Source: Rhynchobatus australiae (lineage: Eukaryota). Taken from it: a stretch of 64,000 nucleotides of DNA. The DNA is taken from positions 81,922,000 to 81,985,999 of the forward strand of contig JAUZTB010000107.1 of NCBI GenBank assembly GCA_034780895.1, written 5' to 3'. The notes under the pieces are model-generated. The model was not told the DNA's origin and searched no databases. It saw only the letters and a program-made list of their open reading frames with translations. Of the stretch, positions 1 through 14,029 are shown piece by piece; position 1 is the stretch's first letter, and the number at the start of each line of letters is the position of its first letter. The position numbers and the translations under genes are program-made.

Positions 1-168
1 CTTGGAATACCTCTTTCTCTGTAACTAGCACTTTATTCTGCACTTTGTTATTGTTTTACCTTCCACCTCAGTGCACAATTGTAATGAATTGATCTGTATG
101 AACGGTATGGAAGACAAGTTTTTCCACTGTACCTTGGTACATATGACAATAATAATAAACCAAACCAG
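1..168 (+). mobile_element. 3' tail of a non-LTR retroelement (Rex1/Babar-like)
   Basis: TGATCTGTATGAAC...TTTTCCACTGTACCTTGGTACATATGACAATAATAATAAACCAAACC, a stem-like motif followed by AATAAA and a short repeat tail. Family assignment is from recall only. Confidence 0.45.
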
Positions 169-3100
169 CTTACCACCTTTTAAATTTTATATTTGATATT
201 GGACTAGTTCTGCTTGACACATTTTTCAAATGTAAATTTTGTATTATTGTTTGAAACAATTGAATGTGCTCATGTGTGGAACGTTATGCATCTCAATAAA
301 CTAACATTGTATGCAAAATAATTTTTAATCAGCCACATGTCAATATTACTGCAATTCAACAATGCCAAATATACCGACAGTTGCTGCCTGTAACTCTGCA
401 TGATAACACATTCAAAACAAAAGGCAAATAAAAATCTGCTATGGAAGCAATAAATCTACCTTAAACATGAAATAAATTCTAGCAAGTAATTACAGAGTGG
501 TGACAAAATCCCTGCATTCACATAATTCTGAACCCCTGGAACCGTGGCTCAGCTATATTTCAAATATACTATGATAAACCATGTCTCAGAGAAGTTTCTT
601 TGTCTGAAGGCTGGCATGTACTTGTCCCTGAGCATATAGGCATCCATTATTTACTAATTTGACTCCATCTTGGCTTAATGGTGTAGGTCAAATAATTTGA
701 TGATGCAAAATTATGTTTCAAATTAAATATTGAAACATTCCATCAGAGTAACTGTTACACTTATACTGAGTACTTTTCATCTTCAGGAAAAATAACCTAG
801 GGAAATGCATCAAAAAGTGGAAATCTCACTGAAAAGTACAGCCTTCTCAGTTTAAAAAACGTAGTTACGTGAAAAATTAACAAGATTCATAACTGTAAAA
901 TGTTTACTTCCTTTAGTCAGGACATGTGAATGACCTCTAATTCTCCACCAAGATCTGATGTGCTGGTTTTATTCACTAACTTGAATTGGCTGTTCTTCAG
1001 TTGGCTATTCTTTGCTTCTTTTTCATGATGTGAGTTGTTAAATTGGATTATTAATCATGCCGTTGCCACCAGATAATCAGGACTTTCATTCATTTAGTGT
1101 AAATGCGAACTGCAGCTCTCTTGTATATTGAGGGTATGCAGTTGCTCCACTCAACACAAGCAACTCATTTGACTGAAATACTAATTTAAATGCCATATAC
1201 AAATGAATCAGAGAAGTCTCTTATCAAGTATACATCAAATAAAGTTTTACAATGCTATCATATGTATCTTTAAATATTTCTGAAAGAAGTGTTGCTTCTT
1301 AGAGCAGAAACCCACACCAATTCACATTTGTTTCTTTAGGTTAAATTCTGAATTGTTTAACTTATGATTCTAACTGTGCTTTGTGCCATAAACTCTACTA
1401 TTTTGTGGTTTTGTTTTATTTTCAATATTACTATTCCTACTGGAAAGAAAGTTGGAAAACCTTTTGGTTCCATTCTTTGTGATAATATATTGCACACAAG
1501 GGTGAATATAATGTATCAGCAGGATAGAGAGCAGACAGCAACAGCTTGGCCTCATTTTTGGCTACAGGAGGTGTCTGATGGGCAGTGAACCATTTTAGCA
1601 GATTTGATGAAGTAATTCTGGATTTGAGTGAATGTCAGGTAAACCAAGCATTACAGCGAATGCAAGAAAATTAGCTGAGGAATGGCTTCAAATAATTGAG
1701 ACGGTATGTATTGCCAAGATTGCATAGATAATTGCACTGCGATTAGTATTCTGCTTCAATTCCACATGTCTTTAACATGTTATCCCTTTGGTATTCTGTG
1801 TTGCTGTAAAAGGATCCTACTGTTGAAACTGGTCACAGAATTTATTGGTAAATTACAGCTGAGCTAATTAATCTGCCATCAGCCTTGATGTTGTGATCTT
1901 TTGTCAAAGAATTTTTGGAAAGTAAAGGAGAAATTCTTCTTTGAACCACTTTGGCTAAATGTGCAAGAGAGTGAGAGTATTAGTCACTGGGTTTACTTAC
2001 CTTACTCACCTCTGCACACTTAGTTCAATGGAACTGAAAGTGCAAAGGTGGATTAAACAAACAACTGTCAGTCTTTTGTGCGTTTGGTAGCAACAAGAAT
2101 TTCTCCCAAAGTATCTTGGTCTGGGCTCTGTGAGCAAAAACAAAGCCAAGATAACCGAGTCAGATTAAGAGTATGGTTTGATTCACAATAGCTTTTCTTG
2201 GCTAACCAAAAAGTGCTGTCAAAAAAAGAGCATCTGGAACCTAACTGTTTCAACCTTCATGGGATTACATTTGAAAGTACTCTGTGGATATTTTCTGGCT
2301 TTTGAGGTCTGCTCAAAAATAAAAAGCAATTTGCCACCTATGGATTAATCAGACAGTAAAGTCAAACCTCTGGCACAGTGACATTCAATACAAGTCTACT
2401 GAGAAATCAGCAAACTTCATACACAAGAGTTCATTCTTCTGTTTACCCAATGGAAAATTCTGAATACATTTCTCCATATGCTACTATAATTCAGAGGTGC
2501 AAATTTTATAATAGCCACAGCGAACTCACAAACAACATACTTTACATAAATAAATGAAATACCATCTTAAAAAGGTTATGGATCATTTTGTTGCCTCATG
2601 TAATTCATTTCATTTTGTATCTTAAAAATCTACAACACAGAACTTCAAGACAGTACACTAAAAATTCAAATAACATTCACAAAAAGGTCATTTTTTTCAA
2701 CCACCTTCAGATAATAAAAATCCATTAACAATATGTGTGTGGCCTTATTCTGAAGCCATTTATCATATATGACTACTGATCTCAACAGGGAACTGATGAA
2801 TTAACAGAAATTATTTGGCCAGGATTCCCAATACAGTTTCTGGAGCTTTATGTTAATAAAAGCTGAAAATATTCATGCAAATAACAGACTGGAAAGCCTA
2901 CTTCCATGTGCAGTGGAAACGTAGGAAGATAGAAAATAGGAGCATGAGGGGACATTCTGCCCTTCAAGCCCACTCTGCCATTCAATACAATCATAGCTGA
3001 TCATCATCTCAATATCATGTTCCCATACTCTTCTTGTATCTCTTGATACTTTTTACATTAAGAAATGTATCTCGTTAAATGTATTCAGCGACTTGACTTC

Positions 3101-3518
3101 TACAACCTTCTGAGGCAGCAAATTTTACAGGTTCATCATCCTCCAGGTGAGGAAATTTCTCCTCATCTCAGTCCTAAATCTCTTGTCTGTAACCTGATCC
3201 CACAACTCCTTGATATGACTCCCCATCAGTAGAAATAACCACCCTGTGTCCAGTCTGTCTTAACCCTGTCATAATTTTGTACATTTCAATTAGATCCTCT
3301 CTAAATTTGAGTGAATACAATCCTAGTCGACCTAATCTTTACTCGTATGGCAGTCCTGTCACTCCAGGAATCAGTCTGGTGAACTTTTGTTACACTCACT
3401 CCATAGCAAGTTTATGCTTTCTCAGATAAGGAGACCAAAACTGCACACAACACTACCAGTGTGGAATCACTAAGTCCTTCTATAATTGTGGCAAGACATC
3501 TGCTCCTTCATTCAAGTC

Positions 3519-3988
3519 GGGGCGGCATGGTAGCGTAGTGGTTGGTGTAACACTATTACAGTGCCAGCGACCCGGGTTCAATTCTGGCTGCTGGCTGGAA
3601 GGAGTTTGTATGTTCTCCCTGTGTCTGTGTGGGTTTCCTCTGGGTGCTCCCGTTTCCTCCCACATTCCAAAGACGTATGAGTTAGAAGCTGTGGGTATGC
3701 TATGTTCGCGCCGTAAGTGTGNNNNNNNNNNNNNNNNNNNNNNNNNNNNNNNNNNNNNNNNNNNNNNNNNNNNNNNNNNNNNNNNNNNNNNNNNNNNNNN
3801 NNNNNNNNNNNNNNNNNNNNNATTCCAAAGAAGTATGAGTTAGAAGCTGTGGGTATGCTATGTTCGCGCCGTAAGTGTGGCGACACTTGCGGGCTGCCCC
3901 CAGCACATTCTCAATAACGTAAAAAGATGCATTTCACCGTGTGCTTTGATGTACACATGACTGATCAAGAAATATCTTAAATATCTTA
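3519..3988 (+). mobile_element. tRNA-derived V-SINE (HE1-related), spanning a 100-N gap
   Basis: Pol III A box TAGCGTAGTGG and B box GGTTCAATTC, V-domain GGAGTTTGTATGTTCTCCCTGTGTCTGTGTGGGTTTCCTCTGGGTGCTCC...CCCACATTCCAAAGAC. Near-identical copies at 24625-25118 and 28303-28592. Confidence 0.9.
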
Positions 3989-4425
3989 TCCTCTGGCTAT
4001 GAAGACCAATATACCATTTGCATTCTTAACTGAGCCTTCACGTTTGCTTTCAGTGAATGGTATACAAAGACTCCCAGATCTCTGGATAAAAACACTTCCT
4101 AAATGAATACTATTTACAGAATATGTTACCTTTCACCTTCCTGTATTTCCTCCTGAAGTGGATAACTCCACATTTACGCACATAATACTCCCACGTTTTT
4201 GCCTTGAAACCTCTCTGTATTCACATCATAATTCACAACTCCACTTGGCTATTGTCAGTGAAAAAATTTAGAAATATTACATGTTCTTTCCTTGTCCAAA
4301 CCATTGAAATCCAAGCATTAAACCCTGAAGTACCCCTTTAGTTATAGCCTTCCACCCTGAAAAAGATTCTCTGCTTACTACCAACCAACCAATTTTCAAT
4401 CCATGTCAATATATTATCCTCAATA

Positions 4426-4822
4426 CAGTAAAACTTCAACAATCTGCTATCCAATTGCTTGGAAATCCTGATGGTTCAGCATCTGGCTCATTGGGTTTGG
4501 TTTCCATGCCCTTTCTAAATCCCATGCCTCATGATCTCTTCAATCTCGCCTGTTCATTTAAACACACTGGGACCCTGTTTCCTGCGCACCCTTTAAACAC
4601 ACCAGGACTCCATTTCCCATACTCCCTTTGAATGTAATCAGGATCCTGTTTATAGTGCTTTCTTTAAATTCACCAGGTTCATTGAAAAATCTATTATACC
4701 ACTGGGTAATGTTTAAAAACAAGTAAATTAAGAGTACATTGGGATATCATAATAATATCAATAATTCAAAAAATATGTCACCACCAAAGTTTAGAGGTTG
4801 CCAGATTGTTAAAGTTTTTCTG
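4426..4822. mobile_element. Non-autonomous pogo/Tigger-like DNA transposon (MITE)
   Basis: 21-bp terminal inverted repeats: CAGTAAAACTTCAACAATCTG (4426) vs reverse complement CAGAAAAACTTTAACAATCTG (4802-4822), 19/21 identical. TA on the left flank. Host CR1 sequence resumes across the insertion. Confidence 0.75.
4556..4678. repeat. Degenerate ~35-bp minisatellite inside the MITE
   Basis: About 3.5 units of TTTAAACACAC(T/C)(G/A)GGAC(C/T)C..TTTCC.. Confidence 0.6.
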
Positions 4823-5194
4823 TTCCGTGTGCTTTAATCAAAGTTTTATGTGAGATTTTATCAAAGGCTTCTGAAAATCAAAGTGCATCACAGTCACTGT
4901 CTTCCCTTATCTATTATACTAGATACATTCACAGTAAGTTTGTCAAACATGATTTCCTTTCCAGAAATCCATGTGGTCTTTGTCGAATCTCATTGATATT
5001 TTCAAGTGTCTGTTACCTTACCTTTTATGATAGGCCCCAGTACTTTCCCTACCACTGAAGTTGTTATCCTATTTCCAGTTTCTTGTTTTGGCTCTACCTC
5101 CTTTTGTAAGTAATGTGGTTATATTTGACACCCTCTAATCTGCAGGATCTATTCCCTAATCTATAGAATTCTGGAAAATGATACCCAATGTCAT

Positions 5195-7450
5195 CAAGTC
5201 ATAAAGCACTAAAGCACAGAAACAGGCCCTTCGCCCACCCAGTCCATGCCTACCTGATCTTCTGCCTAGTCCCATCTCCCTGCACCTGGACCATGTCCCT
5301 CCAAACCCCTCCCATCCATGTACCTATCCAAACTTCTCTTAAATGTTCCAATTGAACCTGCATCTCCCACTTCTGCTGGCAGCTCGTTCCACACTCGTAC
5401 CACCCTCTGAGTGAAAAAGTTTCCCCTCAGGTTCCCCTTAAACATTTCACCTTTCATCCTAAACCTATGTCCTCCCAACCTTAGGAAAAAAGCCTGCATG
5501 CATTCACCGTATCTATACCCCTCATAATTTTGTTTACCCCCATAAGATCTCCCCTCATTCTCCTGCGCTCCAGGGAATGAAGTCCTAACCTATTCAACCT
5601 TTCCCTATAACAGGTCTTCAAGTCTTGGCAAAATCCTTGTAAATTTTCTCTGCACTTTTTCAAGCTTATTGATATCTTTCCTGTAGGTCGGTGACCAGAA
5701 CTGCACACAATACTCTAAATTTGGCCTCACCAACACCTTGTACAACTTCAACATTACCTCCCAACTCTTGTACACAATGCCCTGATTTATGAAGGCCAAT
5801 GTGCCAAAAGNNNNNNNNNNNNNNNNNNNNNNNNNNNNNNNNNNNNNNNNNNNNNNNNNNNNNNNNNNNNNNNNNNNNNNNNNNNNNNNNNNNNNNNNNN
5901 NNNNNNNNNNNNNNNNNNNNNNNNNNNNNNNNNNNNNNNNNNNNNNNNNNNNNNNNNNNNNNNNNNNNNNNNNNNNNNNNNNNNNNNNNNNNNNNNNNNN
6001 NNNNNNNNNNNNNNNNNNNNNNNNNNNNNNNNNNNNNNNNNNNNNNNNNNNNNNNNNNNNNNNNNNNNNNNNNNNNNNNNNNNNNNNNNNNNNNNNNNNN
6101 NNNNNNNNNNNNNNNNNNNNNNNNNNNNNNNNNNNNNNNNNNNNNNNNNNNNNNNNNNNNNNNNNNNNNNNNNNNNNNNNNNNNNNNNNNNNNNNNNNNN
6201 NNNNNNNNNNNNNNNNNNNNNNNNNNNNNNNNNNNNNNNNNNNNNNNNNNNNNNNNNNNNNNNNNNNNNNNNNNNNNNNNNNNNNNNNNNNNNNNNNNNN
6301 NNNNNNNNNNNNNNNNNNNNNNNNNNNNNNNNNNNNNNNNNNNNNNNNNNNNNNNNNNNNNNNNNNNNNNNNNNNNNNNNNNNNNNNNNNNNNNNNNNNN
6401 NNNNNNNNNNNNNNNNNNNNNNNNNNNNNNNNNNNNNNNNNNNNNNNNNNNNNNNNNNNNNNNNNNNNNNNNTGGCTTCTCCCACTCAGCCAATGTTGAA
6501 TCCTATTGGCTACTTCATCCTGAATGCCAAGCCATTTAATCTTTCAGAACAGCCTCCCATGCGGGACTTTGTCAAAGGCCTTGATAGAGTCCATTTAGAC
6601 AACGTCCACGACATTTCCCTCATCAACCTTCTTGGTAGCCTCCTCGAAAAACTCCATTAGATTGGTTAGACATGACCTACCATGCACAAAGCCATGTTGA
6701 CTATCCCTAATCAGGCCCTGTCTATCAAATACTTATATATCCTGTCCGTTAGAAAACTTTCCAATAATTTACCCATGATTGACGTCAGGCTCACCAGCCT
6801 GTAATTTCCCAGTTTATTCTTAGAGCCTTTCTTAAACAATGGGACAACGTTATCTCTCCTCCAGTCCTCTGGCACCTCACCTGTGGCTGAGGATATTTTA
6901 AATACCTCTGCCAGAGCCCCTGCAATTTTTTCACTCACCTCTCACAAGGTCCGAGGTGACACTTTGTCAGGACCTGAGTCAGCACCTTCCTTCACCTCAA
7001 GACAGCCAGCACCTCCTCTTCTGTAATCTGGATACAGTCCATGACCTCACTGCTCTTTTGCCTCAGTTCTATAGTCTCTGTGTCTGTCTCCAGAGTAAAT
7101 ACAGATGCAAAAAATTAATTTAAGATCTTCCCCATCTCTTCTGGCTCCATGCATAGATGACAACCACGCTGATCTTCAAGAGGACCAATTTTGTCCCTTG
7201 CTTCCCTTTTAATATAGCGAGAGAAACCTTTGGGATTCTCTTTCACCTTGTCTGCCAGAACAACTTTATGTCCTTTTTTGCCTTCTTGATTTCTCTCTTA
7301 AGTGTTCTCTTGCATTTCTTACATTCTTCAAGCACTTCATTTGATCCTAACTGACTATACCTGATGTGTGCCTCCTTTTTCTTTACCAGGGCCTCAATAT
7401 CTCTCAATAACCAAGGTTCCCTAAACCTACTAACATAGCCTTTTATTCTA
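5195..7450 (-). mobile_element. Younger CR1/HER1 LINE, ORF2 RT and C-terminal remnant with 3' end
   Basis: ORF track: GEVPEDWRRDNVVPLFKKGSKNKLGNYRLVSLTS, LYKVLVRPNLEYCVQFWSP, GNFFTQRVVRVWNELPAEV. 3' tail near 5195-5260. Confidence 0.93.
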
Positions 7451-8269
7451 AAGAGGTTGCACAACTAAGATACTAAATGAAGGACTCAGAGCCAGCTTTA
7501 CATTTAAGCATAACTTAGGCTGATTTAAAGAAAGGAGCCAGATGACTTTGCTGGGAGTGTGCCAGTAGTATCAGGAATTAGTCTGTGACTTTGGTGTAAT
7601 GAATAGTGGCCTTATCTCAGGGATTTGGGGTGGACAGTTGGCATTTGATCCTCCCCTTGGTCTCAACAATGACATCAGTATAGAAACAGGAGCAGAACTG
7701 AAAGTGGTAAACCCTTGTGCCTCAACTTATGTTTGCAGCCATAGAAGAACCTATAGTTACATCCAGGACCAGGCCTCCCTGGTGACTGAACAATGGAAGG
7801 GGCCACTCAAAGATAGAAGAGGGTCCTTCTGGAATGTGTCGAACTGGATTATGATCTAGACTCCCAAGGACAATTTGTTTTAATAATTCAAACTGAGTTC
7901 ACGAACAAAGGGCAAATTCCTTTTATAATGACTATGCCAGACTATCCGCACTTGTTCAAATGGCGATCTCTGGTTGTAGCTGTGGTGACATCGGAGCACG
8001 CCATTGACACTTAAAGTAGAGGATAACCTACTGACTGTACAAACATTGCAAGCAGATGCAGACTTATCTCAGCATGTATCCTGGGCTACATCCCTTAATA
8101 TCTTATTGGGCCAATCCAACTTCCTTCAGTAAAATGTTTGGATAGCATGAATAGCTTTATTATAAGGCTTAAATTTTAAAGAAACCTTGTATCTAATTTC
8201 AGCTTTGGTGTATTAGTTTGCTGAAAGATGAAGAATGTCTACAGTACTTAAAGCTAAACCTCTGTCAAA

Positions 8270-8460
8270 ACTGGAGGTAAGGCTCAGATGAGGATAAATT
8301 TCTTCTTTCAGGGTTGTGGATATTTGGAGTTGTCTACTCCGGCGAAATGTGGATGCTGAATCGTTAAGTTTATTCAAGGCTGGGATGGATTTGTGGATTA
8401 AAGGGGTAATCGACGGTGAGGGAGATCAAGCAGGAAAGTGGAGTTAAGGCCAAAGGTGTA
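8270..8460 (+). mobile_element. Degraded CR1 3' fragment
   Basis: AAATTTCTTCTTTCAGGGTTGTGGATATTTGGAG...TTCAAGGCTGGGATGGAT, the F-F-x-Q-R-V-V region. Confidence 0.5.
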
Positions 8461-9775
8461 TTAAAGTTTCAGCCTTATGCTTAAGCCTCTGGAGCAGAGC
8501 TTAAACCTACAATCTTCTACCTTCAAATCAAGTGTGTTTGCACTATGCAAAAAATTGGCATGCTAAAGCTAGAGAAATTAAATATGACATGACTTACAAT
8601 TTACCTTTAGATTTCATCAGAAATTGGGTAACCTTTGCACAATTACTAACACCGTTCACACTAACTCAGATATCTAAGTGAGATTGCCAAAATTGGAATG
8701 GATTGTGGTGATTTCTATGCTGTGATCCAGTTCTCTTCAGGATTAAAAATACCTTAAAGTGATTACAAAAAAGTCACTTAAAGTTGGCAGAGAGGACACT
8801 TTCATCCTGTCAGTCTGAATGGGATTTAAAACCAGACCCAGAGATGAAAGAGCAGTATGCTAATCCACTGAATCACTTACTCCCACCCTGCGTATATGTT
8901 GAAGTCATCTCAAAATGTCCCAGTGAGTGATTCCCAAGTTATTTGTACAATCATGAATATCTCTTCATTCCAAAGATCATTCCATTATTTTCCGATACAA
9001 ATCCATATTCATTTTAAGATCTACTAACAGTAAATCCATTGAGCACTGCTGAAGGTTTTTTTTTACACACTTCTTACTCTAATCTGATTCTTATACTGCT
9101 TGCATTGTGACATATGCAGAGAACAAAAGTCAATTTTACCCTGGTTTAGAGATGCAAAACTTTTGCAAGTGTCATTGTCCTCTGGTGGTTATATCCTAGC
9201 TTTATGCATAATTTCAGAAAATTTAAATTCGACATGGTCATTAAAATGCTGGTGGTGAAACCAAAGAATAGCAATACGACATTTCTCTGGTGACTATGAA
9301 TAAATTATAGATAAGGGCAGGGCAAAATAAAATCAGGCATGCTATTTCTGGGGAACTTGACATNNNNNNNNNNNNNNNNNNNNNNNNNNNNNNNNNNNNN
9401 NNNNNNNNNNNNNNNNNNNNNNNNNNNNNNNNNNNNNNNNNNNNNNNNNNNNNNNNNNNNNNNNNNNNNNNNNNNNNNNNNNNNNNNNNNNNNNNNNNNN
9501 NNNNNNNNNNNNNNNNNNNNNNNNNNNNNNNNNNNNNNNNNNNNNNNNNNNNNNNNNNNNNNNNNNNNNNNNNNNNNNNNNNNNNNNNNNNNNNNNNNNN
9601 NNNNNNNNNNNNNNNNNNNNNNNNNNNNNNNNNNNNNNNNNNNNNNNNNNNNNNNNNNNNNNNNNNNNNNNNNNNNNNNNNNNNNNNNNNNNNNNNNNNN
9701 NNNNNNNNNNNNNNNNNNNNNNNNNNNNNNNNNNNNNNNNNNNNNNNNNNNNNNNNNNNNNNNNNNNNNNNNNNN

Positions 9776-10140
9776 CTCTCCAAAGAGTAAAGCCCTAGCT
9801 CCCTTAGTCTCTCCTCATAATGCATACTCTCTAAACCAGGCAGCATCCTGGTGAATCTCCTCTGCACCCTTTCCAACTTTTCCACATGCTTCCTATAATG
9901 AGGCGACCAGAACTGGACACCATATTCTAAGTGTGGTCTAACCCAAGTTTTGTAGAGCTGCATCATTACCTTGAGGCTCTTAAACTTGATCCCTCGACTT
10001 ATGAAAGCTAACACCCCATAAGCTTTCTTAACTATCCTAACCACCTGTGAGGCAACTTTCAGGGACCTGGGGATATGAACCCCCAGATCCCTCTGCTCCT
10101 CCACATTACCAAGAATCCTGCCATTAACTTTGTACTCTGC
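9776..10140 (-). mobile_element. CR1/HER1 LINE ORF2 fragment
   Basis: EQRDLGVHIPRSLKVASQV...LYKTWVRPHLEYGVQFWSPHYRK...LERVQRRFTRMLPGLE. Confidence 0.93.
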
Positions 10141-10769
10141 ACAAAGAGTTAACAAACTATTTGGCAATTGAAATCTTTATTATGTCCTTGTCTGTAATGT
10201 TTTCCAGCTTCCATAGGCTCCTGTCTCTGGAGAGATTGAGATTGTGTCAGAACTGACCAACAACATTGGATTTTTTGACAGCATTGGACTTTTCCTGATT
10301 TGTGTGTCCTTTTTACTGACCGTGTCACCTTCTTGGCCATTTCAACAGAGCAAAATAGAGGGTGATAACAATACTTGGAATAGCTGTGATTATGTAGAGA
10401 TTTTGCGCTTCTGAGGTTTCTTAAATTTAAATCCTGGAAAAATATACACATTGTCAGGTGAAAACCAGATAGTCTAATCTTTTAAACTTGGTGCATTCCA
10501 TTTTCTATTACTGTCTATAATAATTATTATACTGCAGTACTTGTGCTTTATAACTTGGTGCAAGCATTGGTTTGATACTATTTTCTTGAACCTAATGCAC
10601 TGATTAATCCAGGTTACATTGAATCATCCCATCTCAATAAATGCTATATTAGTCTATGTTCAAAATAAGTTTACTATTTGAACAATATATACATAAAAAT
10701 GCAATGATTTTTGCATTTAGTGGGCCAGAATTTACAATGTAGTGGAATTAAATTCTCAGGAACAAAATG

Positions 10770-10900
10770 AAAGACATTTGGACAGGTACGTGGAGAGGAG
10801 ATATTTCAAGGGATATGGGCCAAATGCAGGCTCAGGTAGATAACTAAGTTGGCATGGACAGGCTGGGTTGAAAGGCCTGTTTTGTGCTGTATAACTCTGA
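10770..10900 (+). mobile_element. CR1 3' tail
   Basis: AAGACATTTGGACAGGTAC...GGATATGGGCCAAATGCAGG...GAAAGGCCTGTTTTGTGCTGTATAACTCTGA. Confidence 0.75.
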
Positions 10901-11169
10901 TGGACTAGAGGAAAAAATGTCTTTAAGGTGGGGTGATATCTGGTGGGTTGCAGATGCTGTGATTAGTAGTTTGTTTTGATTTATAAACCAAGGTGAGTTT
11001 CTACCCCAAATTCATACGTTGACCAGTTATATAGGAATATTTTATAACTTGCAAACACTGGGCATTAGCTAACACTTAGAAAGCTAATGCTTTCTGTGTG
11101 TTTCTTGTTTCTTAAGATTTGACAATTTTAGGCTGAGCAGAAGAATGGTTGGGACTGATGGAATCAAAG

Positions 11170-12200
11170 GCTTTGTGAGATCAGTAAAGGCTACATATAG
11201 TGACTGTCAATGTTCCCTGCATTCCTATTAGAATTGATGCACTGTCAGTTGAGGGGGACTGTAGAACATTACAGAAATTCGTCTCCATTTCACATCTGCT
11301 GCCTGACAGCACACAAACTGCAATCTTAACCAGCAGGTCTACAACAGACACAATCTCTGTGCAGAATGTTGTTAAACAAGACTGTATTGTTGCCCAGTCT
11401 TCCTTGTCACAATGATGCACCTCACCTCCAGCAGACTTCCCGTTGGAGCAGGACAAATGTTAAACCTATGTTGCTTCCACTCAAGAATTAAGGTCACCCC
11501 AACTTCAGTCATGAAGTTGCAGTATCTGAGCTACAAGTCACTCGTTCACTGAAGCAATCGAGAGAATGGTCCTGACACTTAATGTCTTCTACCAACCTGT
11601 CTCATTAATACCACGCTGCCTCCCTGAGATGCCTCAAAGCACTGGAGAGATACCACCAATGCTGTCTCCATAAAATCTTCCAAACCCACAGCAAAATAAG
11701 TAACATCAGCACCCTGTCCCAGGACAACATCTTCAGTATTAAGGCCCTAACTACACTCAGTCAGTTATGATGAGTAAGCAATGTTGTTTGGATGCCCAGC
11801 ACTGGATCCCTGAGATCTGTTGTGCAACCCGATGTTATTTCAGAAACTGAGGCAACTATTAAAAAGTCCAAGCTCCATCACGGAAAGAGATAACCAGGTG
11901 GTCAGAAGCAAAAGTTTAAGGATATTCTCAAAACCTCCTTGAATAATTGCAACATCCCTACTGACTCGTGTGAATCCCTGACTGATAGCTACTCAAAGCC
12001 GAGGAGGAGTATTCAGGATGGCATTGAGAACCTCGGACCCATTTCGACAGAAGCACGGTGATAATTAGCTGAATGCACAGACCACCTCACAAACTACCCT
12101 CCTGCCCATCTGTGGCAGAGTTTGTGGATCCTACTTGGGGCTTATTAGTCCTTCAGAATCCACAGAAATTCACTGGAAGCAAGTCATCTTCGATACCCAG
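11170..12200 (+). mobile_element. Degraded RTE-clade LINE (RT domain to C-terminus)
   Basis: KFVSISHLLPDSTQTAILTSRSTTDTISVQNVVKQDCIVA resembles RTE GVKQGCVIAP. At ~11870-12030, LHHGKR*PGGQKQKFKDILKTSLNNCNIPTDS...RRSIQDGIENL is a typical RTE C-terminus. Confidence 0.85.
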
Positions 12201-14029
12201 GAGAGGGTCAAGAAAAAAGAAAGTTGGCATTCCTTAACTCCAGGATACAATGGGAAAATATTAATCTCATGCGTGTTGTATAAAGATGCTGAATTGCAAT
12301 TGTTTCTGTATTCTTTTGTAAGAACTAATAAAATCCTGAAATCTGTTGATAGCACAAGTTTATAAAGGTTACAATGATGTTTTACAATGATGAGTCAGAC
12401 TTCATCTAAAGTTATATATTCTACCCTGTGCAAAAACGAAATTGTATATTCATTGGAGAATGTGCAGAGAAAAGCTTTTATGATATTTCCTACTGTAGGT
12501 GGTATGGATTTACAGGAAAAATAGAGGGGACTAAAATGCAATTGCCAAGTCTGGTAAGTAAATGAGAAGAACATGATAAATTTCCAATGAGCCAACTGGC
12601 TTTTTGCCATTTATATCAAAAATATTACAGGTGCTAGAAATTTTTAAAAAATGGAAAGAACAATGAAAACATTTAGCAAACCAGGAACCATCTGCAGACA
12701 TAAGGTGGAGGTGGTGGAGGAGGAGGGTGGAAATAAAACTTAATAGCCTAGAAGTTTAGTATCATTTTTAAAATGTTAAAATATTGTTGTATTGCTTCCC
12801 AGCAGTTCTTAAAAGCCTTTAGAAGATCACTGTTTCATAGTACCATTTAAAATGGCACTGTTGATCTTTTGTGCAACCTAATGCTACTTCTGACACAGGG
12901 GCTGTTATTAAAAAGTTCTTCAAACTTCCCATAACTGCTGGTATTTAGCTGTGCAGCTGCAACCTCATTTGCCAGCCTTTAAAGGCACATAAACACAACA
13001 AGATGAGCACTCTCCCATCCACCAATAAGTACTGTTTCCTTCACCATGGCATTACATGGTACCTGAGGGCAGGGACTGTGCTCCCATGTTTATCCATACC
13101 GACCTTGAAAGGCCTGTGAATCACATTGCCTTTAAAAGGAAATTATTTTGCATCAAGGGGCCCCACACAGANNNNNNNNNNNNNNNNNNNNNNNNNNNNN
13201 NNNNNNNNNNNNNNNNNNNNNNNNNNNNNNNNNNNNNNNNNNNNNNNNNNNNNNNNNNNNNNNNNNNNNNNNNNNNNNNNNNNNNNNNNNNNNNNNNNNN
13301 NNNNNNNNNNNNNNNNNNNNNNNNNNNNNNNNNNNNNNNNNNNNNNNNNNNNNNNNNNNNNNNNNNNNNNNNNNNNNNNNNNNNNNNNNNNNNNNNNNNN
13401 NNNNNNNNNNNNNNNNNNNNNNNNNNNNNNNNNNNNNNNNNNNNNNNNNNNNNNNNNNNNNNNNNNNNNNNNNNNNNNNNNNNNNNNNNNNNNNNNNNNN
13501 NNNNNNNNNNNNNNNNNNNNNNNNNNNNNNNNNNNNNNNNNNNNNNNNNNNNNNNNNNNNNNNNNNNNNNNNNNNNNNNNNNNNNNNNNNNNNNNNNNNN
13601 NNNGGCGGGAGAGATGTCTACTGACAGCAATGTTCCTCACATCGTGGACCAAAGTCACAAAAATTTACATGATGATATTACAAAGTTGCTCAAACTTTCA
13701 CAACAATATTGTTATATCTGTAATTCTTGCTTTCACGTCCATTCACTCTGCTAAAACTTTTCCTTAAAATATACTCACTTTCTCACTTACATAAAAGCTG
13801 CATCAACCTCCTTTCTCCCCCTCCCCTGTCCTGCCTATTTCACTTGCTATATCCCTGCTGCTCTGCAATACTCACTGAGCTAAAGGGCCTGTTTTTATAC
13901 TGTATAACTCAATGACTCCACACATTGACCAGATGATCCATGTTGGCTTCCTCCTGAGATCCCCACAATTACTGAAACCAGTCTTCAGCCAATTCCCTTT
14001 ACTTCACACAACATCCAGAAAGCACTAGA

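Larger units (their letters stand above)
2930..5190 (-). mobile_element. Old fragmented CR1-type LINE (3' end near 2930), interrupted by a V-SINE and a MITE
   Basis: Reverse-strand CR1 3' end (AGAAAATAGGAGCA...CCCTTCAAGCCCACTCTGCCATTCAATACAATCATAGCTGATC). Downstream RT-coding remnants include ACCAAAACTGCACACAA (antisense of C-V-Q-F-W) and TTATCAAAGGCTTCTGAAAATC (antisense of D-F-x-K-A-F-D-K). Confidence 0.8.

Noticed and set aside
7880-8125. Gypsy integrase-like remnant (DY..FKW...VTSEHAID, QSN)
   Set aside because: Too short and degenerate to support.
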